Assembly: GCA_039809225.1 (NCBI GenBank)
Contig: JBDHUN010000001.1
Location: 22,003-86,002 of the forward strand
Reading direction: 5' to 3'
Length of the DNA stretch: 64,000 nt
Source of the DNA: Candidatus Saccharimonas sp.
GTDB taxonomy: Bacteria; Patescibacteriota; Saccharimonadia; Saccharimonadales; Saccharimonadaceae
The notes under the pieces were generated by a model. The model was not told the origin of the DNA. It was given only the letters and a program-made list of their open reading frames with translations, and did not search any database. Of this stretch, positions 20,504-28,881 are shown one piece after another; the stretch's first letter is position 1; each line of letters starts with the position of its first letter. A program made the position numbers and the translations under genes.

Positions 20504-21766
20504 ATGGTTTTCGATAAATTACTGAAGCGCAACACAACGACAGATCCGGGTTATATTGTGGGGCTTGATATCGGTACTGAATACATCAAAGCTTTGATCG
20601 CACATGTCAAAGGCGATCATATCGAGATCGTCGGTGTAGGAAAGGCGCACCAAGAGTTGGCTGACATGCACCAGGGGGCAATCGCCGACATCGCGGGAGT
20701 AGTGCGCAATTGTGAAGAAGCGTTGGCGCAGGCCGAAGAACAAGCGGGATTGCAGGCCAAAAAGACGGTGATCGGGATCGCTGGCGAGTTGGTAAAGGGC
20801 GTGACAAACACCATTCGGTATCGTCGTCCGCAGCCGGATCGGCCGCTCGATGAGGCTGAGATGGAATTTATCATCGAGAAAGTGCAAGATAGGGCGGCGA
20901 TGAAAGCACAGAAACAAATCGCACTCGAAACCGGCAATGATGATGTCGAGGTCAAGCTCGTCAATTCGGCGCTCGTCAGCATCCACATCGATGGCTATAA
21001 GGTAAGCAACCCTATCGGCTTCCAGGGCAAAGATGTTGCAGTACAAATTTACACAGCCTTTGCACCCATGGTCCATATCGGAGCCTTGGAGCGTGTGGCT
21101 GATGAATTGGCGCTTGAACTGGTGGCGGTGGCGGCCGAGCCATTTGCAGTGAGTCGTAGTGTACTTGGGACCGACGCTAACAGTAGTTTCACGGCAATCC
21201 TGGCAGATGTCGGTGGCGGTACGACGGATATCGCAGTGGTGAACGACGGTGGTGTCGAGGGCACGAAGATGTTTGGGATTGGTGGCCGTAGCTTTACGAA
21301 CACTATTGCCAGCGATATGAACATTAGCTATGAAGACGCCGAGAAACTAAAGGTCAATATCGATGATCCGAAGGTGAAAGAATCGGTCAAAAAAGACGTT
21401 ACAGCGGCGGTCGACAAGACACTTGAGGTGTGGCTGGCCGGAGTTGAGCTGGCATTGTCTGAATTTGATTCGGTCGATCATTTGCCGCCGCGTATCTTGT
21501 TGTGCGGCGGTGGCGCAAGCCTCAAACTGCTCGTTGAAGCATTGAGCGCTCGCGATTGGTACAAAGAGTTGCCGTTTACCAAGCGTCCCAGCGTGCAACA
21601 TATCAAGCCAAGTGATGTTGTCGGTATCACCGACCCGAGTGGCAAGTCGAGTGACCATACCTACACCACTGCCATGGGCCTCTTGAGAGTGGGCTATGAT
21701 ACAATGATAGGCACAAGTGACGTTGATTCGATCAAAGAAAAACTAAACCGAATGCTGAGAATTTAA
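20504..21766 (+). CDS. ftsA: Cell division protein FtsA (actin-like ATPase)
   Basis: Actin-fold phosphate motifs GLDIGTEYIK and DVGGGTTDIAV, 420 aa. TATAAT 20488-20493 lies 10 nt before the ATG. Confidence 0.85.
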   Translation: MVFDKLLKRNTTTDPGYIVGLDIGTEYIKALIAHVKGDHIEIVGVGKAHQELADMHQGAIADIAGVVRNCEEALAQAEEQAGLQAKKTVIGIAGELVKGVTNTIRYRRPQPDRPLDEAEMEFIIEKVQDRAAMKAQKQIALETGNDDVEVKLVNSALVSIHIDGYKVSNPIGFQGKDVAVQIYTAFAPMVHIGALERVADELALELVAVAAEPFAVSRSVLGTDANSSFTAILADVGGGTTDIAVVNDGGVEGTKMFGIGGRSFTNTIASDMNISYEDAEKLKVNIDDPKVKESVKKDVTAAVDKTLEVWLAGVELALSEFDSVDHLPPRILLCGGGASLKLLVEALSARDWYKELPFTKRPSVQHIKPSDVVGITDPSGKSSDHTYTTAMGLLRVGYDTMIGTSDVDSIKEKLNRMLRI

Positions 21767-21767
21767 G

Positions 21768-23411
21768 ATGCAAAAAGACGTCATATACATCGATGTAGAA
21801 GATGATATCACTGCCATTATCGGCAAAGTGAAGGCTGCTGAGCATCATATCGTAGCGCTCGTACCACCCAAACGCATCGGGGCGATTCAGAGTGCCGTGA
21901 ATCTCAAACTAGTCCATCGAGCGGCCGAGCAAGTTGATAAGCGGTTGGTGATTATTAGCAACAACGCGGCGTTAATGGCGCTAGCGGGGAGTGCGGGCAT
22001 ACCTGTGGCCAAGAATTTGCAAAGTAAACCCGAACTGGCAGAAATTCCGGCACTTGATGTCGATGACGGTGAAGATATTATCGATGGGACAGATGCCCCA
22101 GGAGCAGCCGAAGGTGACGGCGACACGAGCAACGGCGAGGAACCAGTTGCAGCCGCCGCTGCAACTGATGAAACAGTCGGGAAGCCGAAGCGCGCCTCGA
22201 AAATAGCCGCACCGGCGGCAGCGCTAGGCGCGACGGCCCTGGCGGCCAAAGACAAGGTGAAAATACCAAACTTTGATAGTTTCCGCAAAAAGTTATTAAT
22301 TGGCCTAGGCGCATTAGTGTTGCTGATTGGCTTTTTGGTGTGGGCGATGGTATTTGCACCCCACGCGACAGTGGTGATCACGGCACGTACAACCGATTCG
22401 GCACTCAATAGCAATGTGACGCTTGGGCAAGCGGTGGCGACCGACCTCAAGGCCGGTACTATCAAGGCGGAAGTCAAAACGGCCAAAAAAGATGTTTCAA
22501 TACCGTTTACCGCTACAGGCAAAAAAGACGTCGGCGAAAAGTCGACGGCGACGGTAAAACTCTACAACGACTCGTTTGATGCCGTGACAGTATCGGGAGC
22601 AGTGAGTGCCGGGGGATTCAATTTCGTCCTCAGTTCCACAACTGTTCCGAAGGGTTCGTGTAGCAGGCCGAGTAGCTGTTCTCCGGGCACTGCAACAGGC
22701 ACGATAACCGCTGCAGCCTCAGGGGCAAATACGAATGGCGTTTCAGGGAGTCTTGGAGGGTTACCAACTGACATCAGCGGGTCGATCGTTTCGGCTACTA
22801 CGGGAGGAACCGACAAAACCGTTACGGTCGTACAGCAAAGCGATGTCGACGCAGTGTCGAACGATGTGCTGAGGAGCGGCGAAGCCGAGACGGCCAAGAG
22901 CGATCTCAAGAAACAATTCGGTAGCGAGTATATTGTACTTGACGGGACGTTTAAGTCTGATACCACGGGTGTTAAACCATCGCCCGCCGTTGGGAGTGAG
23001 GCGAGTGACGGTAAGGGGACGCTCGGCGGAAGTGTGACGTTCTCGCTCGTGGGCATTTCAAAGAAAGAAGCTGGCAAGTATCTCGATGCTTATTTTGCTC
23101 AACAGATTGACGGGAGGGCTGATCAGAAAGTCTATAGGAATGGTGTCGACACTGTTGCATTCACAAATTTTGTCTCGAAGGACGATCACTACACAGCAAA
23201 TATCTCGACAAATGGTAAAATTGGCCCAAAGATTGACGAAGCCGCCCTTAAGGAATTCGCCAAGGGTAAACGCTATGGCGAGATTCAATCTCATGTCCAA
23301 GCGACGAACGGCGTCGATAACGTTGATGTCAAATTCTCACCATTTTGGGTCAGTACTGCGCCTGGCGATGTCAATAAAATTTCGATCGAATTCAAGGTAA
23401 ATGGCGCATAA
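21768..23411 (+). CDS. Hypothetical single-pass membrane protein, translationally coupled to ftsA
   Basis: ATG 1 nt after the ftsA stop. About 90-aa cytoplasmic N-domain, acidic/Ala-rich linker, TM helix (LLIGLGALVLLIGFLVWAMVFA) and a large T/S/G/V-rich ectodomain. Confidence 0.6.
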   Translation: MQKDVIYIDVEDDITAIIGKVKAAEHHIVALVPPKRIGAIQSAVNLKLVHRAAEQVDKRLVIISNNAALMALAGSAGIPVAKNLQSKPELAEIPALDVDDGEDIIDGTDAPGAAEGDGDTSNGEEPVAAAAATDETVGKPKRASKIAAPAAALGATALAAKDKVKIPNFDSFRKKLLIGLGALVLLIGFLVWAMVFAPHATVVITARTTDSALNSNVTLGQAVATDLKAGTIKAEVKTAKKDVSIPFTATGKKDVGEKSTATVKLYNDSFDAVTVSGAVSAGGFNFVLSSTTVPKGSCSRPSSCSPGTATGTITAAASGANTNGVSGSLGGLPTDISGSIVSATTGGTDKTVTVVQQSDVDAVSNDVLRSGEAETAKSDLKKQFGSEYIVLDGTFKSDTTGVKPSPAVGSEASDGKGTLGGSVTFSLVGISKKEAGKYLDAYFAQQIDGRADQKVYRNGVDTVAFTNFVSKDDHYTANISTNGKIGPKIDEAALKEFAKGKRYGEIQSHVQATNGVDNVDVKFSPFWVSTAPGDVNKISIEFKVNGA

Positions 23412-23811
23412 TATTCTCGCCTTGGATGTGGGTGAGAAGCGAATCGGCGTCGCGCTTGCCGATACTTCGGTGCGCATCGCTGTTGCGTATGACACGATTG
23501 ATGTTGACGGAGATGAGTTCGCATCGCTACGCCGCATTACTGATCTCGAATCTGTTGATACGATAGTAGTGGGGTACCCGCGTAATCAGTCGGGCGAGCC
23601 AACAGCCCAGACACGTACGGTGGAATTATTTGCAGATCAGTTACGAGCACTTGTGCCGCACGTTGAATTTCAGGATGAATCAGTCACAAGTGTCAAAGCC
23701 GAAGAGTTGCTCAATGCCCAACAGAAACCATACACCAAAGGTGATGTCGATGCTCTTGCGGCAAGTTTGATCTTACAAGATTATCTGGAGGCCTCACATG
23801 GACGGCTTTAA
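23401..23811 (+). CDS. ruvX: Putative pre-16S rRNA nuclease / Holliday junction resolvase YqgF
   Basis: N-terminal ILALDVGEKRIGVALAD motif and about 136 aa, typical of YqgF/RuvX. Confidence 0.85.
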   Translation: MAHNILALDVGEKRIGVALADTSVRIAVAYDTIDVDGDEFASLRRITDLESVDTIVVGYPRNQSGEPTAQTRTVELFADQLRALVPHVEFQDESVTSVKAEELLNAQQKPYTKGDVDALAASLILQDYLEASHGRL

Positions 23812-25147
23812 GCGACCACGGCGGCCGGTGACGCCTCGACCAACACCTTCCGGGAACGTCGGGTCAGGAGGTGCGTCCGTCCGCCACGTACCGCAAGCGG
23901 CAGTGGCGCAGCCTCGGTCTGTTCAGCGCGTCGTCACTGCTCCGCCACGTCCCCAGCCCTCACGACCGGTTCAACCACCTTCATCCGCTGCTTCACAGCC
24001 GGATTCATCTCGAGAGACCTCTGCCAAAAGGTCTCGTTCAACCCGTTTCTCATGGCGTCATCGGTGGATGGTGTTAGTGGCTATCACCATTGCCTTATTT
24101 GTAGCGGCATTGGCTGCGTACGGCTGGTACCAACAGCAACTTCAGCCGGTCGATGCAACCGACAATAGCGTGCAACGGGTCGAGATCAAAGACGGTACGA
24201 CGTTTGCATTAGTTTCGAGTAGTCTAAAGGATCGGGGTTTAATTCGTAACACAACGGCGTTTGATATTTATGCTCGGCTCTCTGGTCAACGTGACAGCGT
24301 GAAGGCGGGCACCTGCAGCCTCAAGCCATCAATGCCGAGCGCTGATATTTTGAAAAAGATTGTGGCTGGCTGTCATGATTTCAAATCGATCACGTTCTTC
24401 CCTGGTGCGACGATCGAAAAGCCACTCTATAAACCAGCCAGCGCGACGCTCGATCAGACCATGTACGTCAAGTATGTGCTGAAAAGTGCTGGTTACACTG
24501 ACCAACAAATCACCGAGGCGCTCGCCAAACAATATAGTTCTCCCATCTTTGCTGGCAAACCCTCGGGGTCGACGCTCGAAGGGTATATCTTTGGTGAGAC
24601 CTACTATGTGCCGAAAGATGCTAGTGCCGAAGAAGTGCTACAGGAGACTTTTAAGCAGTTCGATAAAATTATTACACAAGATGATTTGGTAGCAAAATTT
24701 AAAGCTCTGGGTCTTGATCTGTTTCAAGGGATAACGATGGCATCAATTGTCCAGCGAGAGCTGAACTGCGAGGGCAAGCCGACACAAGCACGCAAGCTTC
24801 GTTGCTACAATTATCAACGAATGATCGCGCAGATTTTTTTGAAACGTCTCAAGGAAAATATCTCACTCGGGTCAGATGTTACGTTTATTTATGCGGCCGA
24901 CATGATGGGTGTGACGCCGAGTGTCGATCTCGATTCGCCATATAATACCCGCAAACATCCTGGTCTGCCCCCAGGACCGATTGCGGCGCCAGGTGAACTA
25001 GCGCTCAAGGCGGTGGCAAATCCTACCGACACTGATTATCTGTTCTTTATCGCTGGCGATGATGGATTGATCTATTTTGCCAAAGATCAAGCCGGCCACG
25101 AGGCGAATATCAAAAACCATTGCCAGCAGCTGTGTAACGAGCTATAG
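23798..25147 (+). CDS. mltG: Endolytic murein transglycosylase MltG (YceG-like) with Pro/Arg-rich N-terminal tail
   Basis: TM helix followed by a YceG domain with YNTRKHPGLPPGPIAAPG signature. Confidence 0.85.
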   Translation: MDGFKRPRRPVTPRPTPSGNVGSGGASVRHVPQAAVAQPRSVQRVVTAPPRPQPSRPVQPPSSAASQPDSSRETSAKRSRSTRFSWRHRWMVLVAITIALFVAALAAYGWYQQQLQPVDATDNSVQRVEIKDGTTFALVSSSLKDRGLIRNTTAFDIYARLSGQRDSVKAGTCSLKPSMPSADILKKIVAGCHDFKSITFFPGATIEKPLYKPASATLDQTMYVKYVLKSAGYTDQQITEALAKQYSSPIFAGKPSGSTLEGYIFGETYYVPKDASAEEVLQETFKQFDKIITQDDLVAKFKALGLDLFQGITMASIVQRELNCEGKPTQARKLRCYNYQRMIAQIFLKRLKENISLGSDVTFIYAADMMGVTPSVDLDSPYNTRKHPGLPPGPIAAPGELALKAVANPTDTDYLFFIAGDDGLIYFAKDQAGHEANIKNHCQQLCNEL

Positions 25148-25154
25148 AAAACCA

Positions 25155-25184
25155 TTGACTTTTTGACACCGTTTTTGCTATTAT
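25155..25184 (+). promoter_or_regulatory. Sigma-70-like promoter for the LysM-CHAP hydrolase leader
   Basis: TTGACT (25155-25160), 18-nt spacer, TATTAT (25179-25184). Confidence 0.4.
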
Positions 25185-25194
25185 GCAAAGAGCA

Positions 25195-25320
25195 CATTGA
25201 CACTGCGGGGTTACCAGCTACAGAGGTAGCATGGTGATTCGGGTGTGGAAATGAACAGTTTCAAAAGTGCCTACCTTGATAAGTCGTACGAACGCCGGAA
25301 CAGCTTTCTTTTATCTAATG
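25195..25320 (+). promoter_or_regulatory. Candidate ydaO-type (c-di-AMP) riboswitch in the hydrolase leader
   Basis: GCGGGGUUACCA, hairpin GCUAC-AGAG-GUAGC, then AUGGUGAUUC and later CGAACGCCGGAACAGCU. These resemble the ydaO blocks GGGGA.CCA / GGGGUGAAUC / CCGAA.CCG.CAGCU. The downstream gene class fits. Not verified with a covariance model. Confidence 0.35.
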
Positions 25321-25577
25321 TTATGTAATAAACCAAGGTCGACGCGTGCGTTCCGTCCCTCGCTTCATGCGCGGGAGCAAGACAAATAGGGTAGTCGCGC
25401 CTCTAGTAATAGAGTCGCAGGAGAACGATTATTCGTAATCAACCAATTGCACCGACTTCGGTCGATGCACCATCACAAACGAATCTTTCCGACGCCTCGC
25501 GTCCCTCTGTTCATCGCTCATCACAACGTGGTTCACTTTCGTGGACAACCGTTGCGTCATATTTTGGTATTTTTCTC

Positions 25578-26627
25578 TTGATTTCTTCTCTGGTGGCGAT
25601 TAGTTACCATCCTCCGGTTAAATCACCGGTGGCCACTGCCGATACGCCTATCCAGCAAGTACAGGCAGCCACTCCGGCCGCGGCTCCTGACAGCACTGTG
25701 GATCAATTAATGGCAACAAACATCGCTGCTGTTGTCTCAGAAAGTGCCGATATGCCGATTGCCAACAACGTCACCAGTCTCTCTCAATCTCTCACGGTTG
25801 AGAGTCTTTTGACCCAGACTGATACAAATATGATCAGCAAGCCGCAAATTGTTCAGCCAGCGGCCGATAGCCGGACGGCAATTTCCTATACAACGGTGGC
25901 TGGCGATACGGTACCAGCATTAGCGCAAAAATACAGCGTCTCTGCGCAGACGATCAAATGGGCAAATAAACTCACCTCTGACACTCTCGAGCCAGGTAAA
26001 CAACTGACAATTCCGCCGGTTGACGGTGTGGTATACACGGTACGAGCTGGCGATACTATCGATAGCATCGCTGCTAAGTACAAGGCCGATAAGGAACGCT
26101 TGATTGCATTTAACGACCTTGAGCTAACAACATCCCTGGCGTCTGGTGCGCAGATTACCATTCCAGGCGGTGATCTTCCGACCGAGGAACGCCCAGGCTA
26201 TGTCGCACCACGCGCTACGACAACTACAACTTCGTATGGTAGCTATAGCGGCGGCTATGGTAGCGGTTGGGATGGCGGTATGTCAGCCGGTAATCGCTAC
26301 GGTATTGGTCAATGTACCTGGTACGCCTATGAACGCCGCATGCAACTCGGTAAACCAATTGGTGGCCTCTGGGGCAATGCCAATACGTGGGCATACAGCG
26401 CTGCCGCTGCCGGATTCTTGGTGGACGGTAACCCAACGCCTGGATCGATTATGCAAAACGGTGGTGGCTATGGTCACGTGGCTGTTGTCGAAGCCGTGAA
26501 TCCCGGTGTCTCAGTCACGATCAGCGAGATGAATGGCTACCGCTTTGGCGGCGGTTGGAACCGCGTCGGCCATGGAGATATCTCATGGAGCGAAGCCACC
26601 AGTGGGATGTATAAGTATATTCATTAG
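25578..26627 (+). CDS. Peptidoglycan hydrolase, 2x LysM + C-terminal CHAP/NlpC-P60-like domain
   Basis: LysM repeats YTTVAGDTVPALAQKY.. and YTVRAGDTIDSIAAKY... Catalytic region GQCTWYAYERR ... GHVAVVE. The frame is open upstream to 25413, so the true start is probably earlier (see finding). Confidence 0.85.
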   Translation: MISSLVAISYHPPVKSPVATADTPIQQVQAATPAAAPDSTVDQLMATNIAAVVSESADMPIANNVTSLSQSLTVESLLTQTDTNMISKPQIVQPAADSRTAISYTTVAGDTVPALAQKYSVSAQTIKWANKLTSDTLEPGKQLTIPPVDGVVYTVRAGDTIDSIAAKYKADKERLIAFNDLELTTSLASGAQITIPGGDLPTEERPGYVAPRATTTTTSYGSYSGGYGSGWDGGMSAGNRYGIGQCTWYAYERRMQLGKPIGGLWGNANTWAYSAAAAGFLVDGNPTPGSIMQNGGGYGHVAVVEAVNPGVSVTISEMNGYRFGGGWNRVGHGDISWSEATSGMYKYIH

Positions 26628-26650
26628 GGGGAAGAGCTCTTAGTTCTCAT

Positions 26651-26686
26651 AAAAAACAAGCCACGACTCATCGTGGCTTGTTTTTG
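26651..26686. terminator. Rho-independent (bidirectional) terminator
   Basis: 10-bp stem CAAGCCACGA/TCGTGGCTTG with loop CTCA, flanked by an A-run and a T-run. Confidence 0.8.
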
Positions 26687-26861
26687 GTGTCTTAAGATTA
26701 AAATAAGACCCTCCTTCTTTTTATGTTAAAAAGCGGGCGTTTAGTTCTTCGCAAAGAGAACAAAATAAATTCCAACGATAAAAGAATGAAAATAAAAACC
26801 CGCCGTCAGCAGGGCTAGTTTCTTCATCACCGGATGAAACAAGCCCCGCATCGGTGCGAGT

Positions 26862-27161
26862 TTACCTGACCTTACGCCAACGGCCGCCTCCCCACATGTG
26901 AGTGATCTTGTAGTCACCCTCAGGTAGGCGTTCGAAGTAGAACAAACGCTTCCTACGGATGCGGAGCCGCCACAGATGACGTATTGGCAGGGCAGACAAG
27001 CTGATGCGAACGTGGTATGTCGGTGTCAGCTCGACAGTCATGATTGGATTCACGATATCATTTTGGTGTGAGGCTACCCCCCACGCTCCACAGTGGCTTG
27101 GTAGTCTCGCCATAGATACACCATGCACAACCGACTTCGGCACGATATTGCTGGTACTCAT
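26862..27161 (-). CDS. Hypothetical basic 99-aa protein (last larger ORF of an orphan mini-operon)
   Basis: Strong SD agaaggag 6 nt upstream of the ATG. Arg/Lys-rich C-terminus (RLRIRRKR..GGGRWRKVR). No recognisable domain. Confidence 0.5.
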   Translation of the reverse strand: MSTSNIVPKSVVHGVSMARLPSHCGAWGVASHQNDIVNPIMTVELTPTYHVRISLSALPIRHLWRLRIRRKRLFYFERLPEGDYKITHMWGGGRWRKVR

Positions 27162-27176
27162 GACTGCTCCTTCTCT

Positions 27177-27332
27177 CTAGAACTTGCTGGGCCGAGGACC
27201 GCGCTGTACGGCTGCGTTGAAGACGGCACTGTTGGTGCGCGCCATGTTCAGAAGCATTTCGCCGGGGATGTGTTTGCAACGGCCAGCTACGCGGGGTGTC
27301 GGCGCAGCGGACCTAGTTACTTCGAGTGCCAT
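27177..27332 (-). CDS. Hypothetical 51-aa ORF, start overlaps the upstream stop (TAATG)
   Basis: MALEVTRSAAPTPRVAGRCKHIPGEMLLNMARTNSAVFNAAVQRGPRPSKF. Below the 60-aa cut-off of the ORF track. Translated by hand. Confidence 0.3.
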   Translation of the reverse strand: MALEVTRSAAPTPRVAGRCKHIPGEMLLNMARTNSAVFNAAVQRGPRPSKF

Positions 27333-27388
27333 TACACGCCTCCGAAGAGACGAAACTTGGGTTTCGAGATCACACGCCTACTTGCCAT
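27332..27388 (-). CDS. Hypothetical 18-aa leader ORF
   Basis: MASRRVISKPKFRLFGGV, first ORF after the consensus promoter, with a weak SD gaaagg 8 nt upstream. Confidence 0.2.
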   Translation of the reverse strand: MASRRVISKPKFRLFGGV

Positions 27389-27442
27389 GAAATTGCCTTT
27401 CTAGGTTCGCGCGGGGACAGGCCGCGGAAGTATGTCTCTACT

Positions 27443-27471
27443 ATTATATCAAATTTGCTAATAAATGTCAA
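27443..27471 (-). promoter_or_regulatory. Perfect consensus sigma-70 promoter (minus strand)
   Basis: On the minus strand: TTGACA (27471-27466), 17-nt spacer, TATAAT (27448-27443). Confidence 0.55.
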
Positions 27472-27538
27472 AAATGCTAAGATAAATTTAGCGATTATAT
27501 CGTATTTATGCTCAAAAACTAAGAACTGATCCTGATCT

Positions 27539-28831
27539 ATGTTTGTCGACACAGCTAAAGTAACAGTCCAAGCGGGCAAAGGCGGCGATGGAGCCGTCAG
27601 TTTTCGTCATGAGATTTACGTTGACAAGGGTGGCCCGGATGGTGGTGACGGCGGACGTGGCGGTAACGTTATCTTCAAAGCCACCGAAAACCTCAATACG
27701 TTGCTCGACTTTCGCTACAAACCTGAGCTCAAGGCCGAAGATGGCGTTGCTGGTGCCAAGCGCAAAATGGCTGGCCGTAGCGGCAAAGATCTGATCGTAA
27801 AGGTGCCGGTGGGTACTCTGGTTAAAAAAGATAGCGACATCATCGCCGACCTCACTGCACACAATCAAGAAGTGGTCATCGCCAAGGGCGGCGACGGCGG
27901 GTTTGGTAACGCACACTTCAAGTCGAGCACTCGGCAAACACCGCGCATGGCGGAGCTAGGTGAACCCGGCGAAGCGTTTGAGGCAGAGCTGGAACTGAAG
28001 CTTCTGGCCGATGTCGGGCTAATCGGTTTTCCCAATGCCGGTAAATCTACCTTTCTCTCGGTGGTGACCAACGCTCGGCCGGAAATTGCCGACTATGCCT
28101 TTACAACACTGACACCAAATCTCGGCGTGGCCGATGTCGATAACGGCAGTTTATTGATCGCGGATATCCCGGGGCTAATCGAGGGCGCCAGCGAAGGCAA
28201 AGGTCTCGGTGATGCTTTTCTTCGCCATGTTGAGCGCACGGCGGTCCTCCTGCATTTGATCGATGTCTATAGTGACGACGTAGCCAAAAGCTATCAAACG
28301 ATTCGTGATGAGCTGACGAAATATAGCCCCGAGCTGGCAACTCGTCCTGAGGTGGTGGCGCTGACAAAGTGCGAAGGGCTTGATGAAGACATCATTGAGA
28401 TGCAGCGCGATGCATTGGGGAAAGCTATCGGGAAAGATACGGAGATCTTTGCTATTTCTGCGACTGCGCACCAGGGCACACTTGAGGTACTGCGCGCACT
28501 ACGTACCAAGGTGCAAGCAGTACGCATTGAAAAGACAGATGAAGACGACGCAACGGAACCGGCCATCCCAACGATTACACTGACGGGTGAACAGCTGTCG
28601 AATCACTGGGAGGCAATATACGATACGGAGGATCATCTTTATCGCGTAACAGGCGAAAAAATCGAGAAGTTTGCTCGCCGGACAAACTTTGATCAGTTTG
28701 AAGCGGTCAATCGATTGCGCGATATCATGAAACGCCTCGGCATCACGCATGAGCTAATACGGCAGGGCGCCGTTGGTGACAGCAAGGTTCAAATCGGTGA
28801 AACGACCGAATTTACCCTTGTCGAGCAATAA
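27539..28831 (+). CDS. obg: GTPase Obg/CgtA
   Basis: Gly-rich Obg fold (GKGGDGAVSFR..GGPDGGDGGRGG), G1 GFPNAGKST, G3 DIPG and a C-terminal OCT-like domain. Confidence 0.92.
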   Translation: MFVDTAKVTVQAGKGGDGAVSFRHEIYVDKGGPDGGDGGRGGNVIFKATENLNTLLDFRYKPELKAEDGVAGAKRKMAGRSGKDLIVKVPVGTLVKKDSDIIADLTAHNQEVVIAKGGDGGFGNAHFKSSTRQTPRMAELGEPGEAFEAELELKLLADVGLIGFPNAGKSTFLSVVTNARPEIADYAFTTLTPNLGVADVDNGSLLIADIPGLIEGASEGKGLGDAFLRHVERTAVLLHLIDVYSDDVAKSYQTIRDELTKYSPELATRPEVVALTKCEGLDEDIIEMQRDALGKAIGKDTEIFAISATAHQGTLEVLRALRTKVQAVRIEKTDEDDATEPAIPTITLTGEQLSNHWEAIYDTEDHLYRVTGEKIEKFARRTNFDQFEAVNRLRDIMKRLGITHELIRQGAVGDSKVQIGETTEFTLVEQ

Positions 28832-28846
28832 AGTTGATAAAAACTA

Positions 28847-28875
28847 TTGACATTATACAAATATAGTGTTATAAT
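28847..28875 (+). promoter_or_regulatory. Perfect consensus sigma-70 promoter
   Basis: TTGACA (28847-28852), 17-nt spacer, TATAAT (28870-28875). Confidence 0.55.
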
Positions 28876-28881
28876 GGAAAA

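Noticed and set aside
21887-23077. 211-aa and 171-aa minus-strand ORFs
   Set aside because: They are antisense to the 547-aa gene that is translationally coupled to ftsA. Their low-complexity Ala/Ser/Pro translations are typical of reverse frames.
26787-26812. Hairpin + T-run that could terminate the minus-strand mini-operon
   Set aside because: The stem is short and bulged, and it lies inside the possible 28-36-aa hydrophobic ORF. The two readings conflict, so it is not called.
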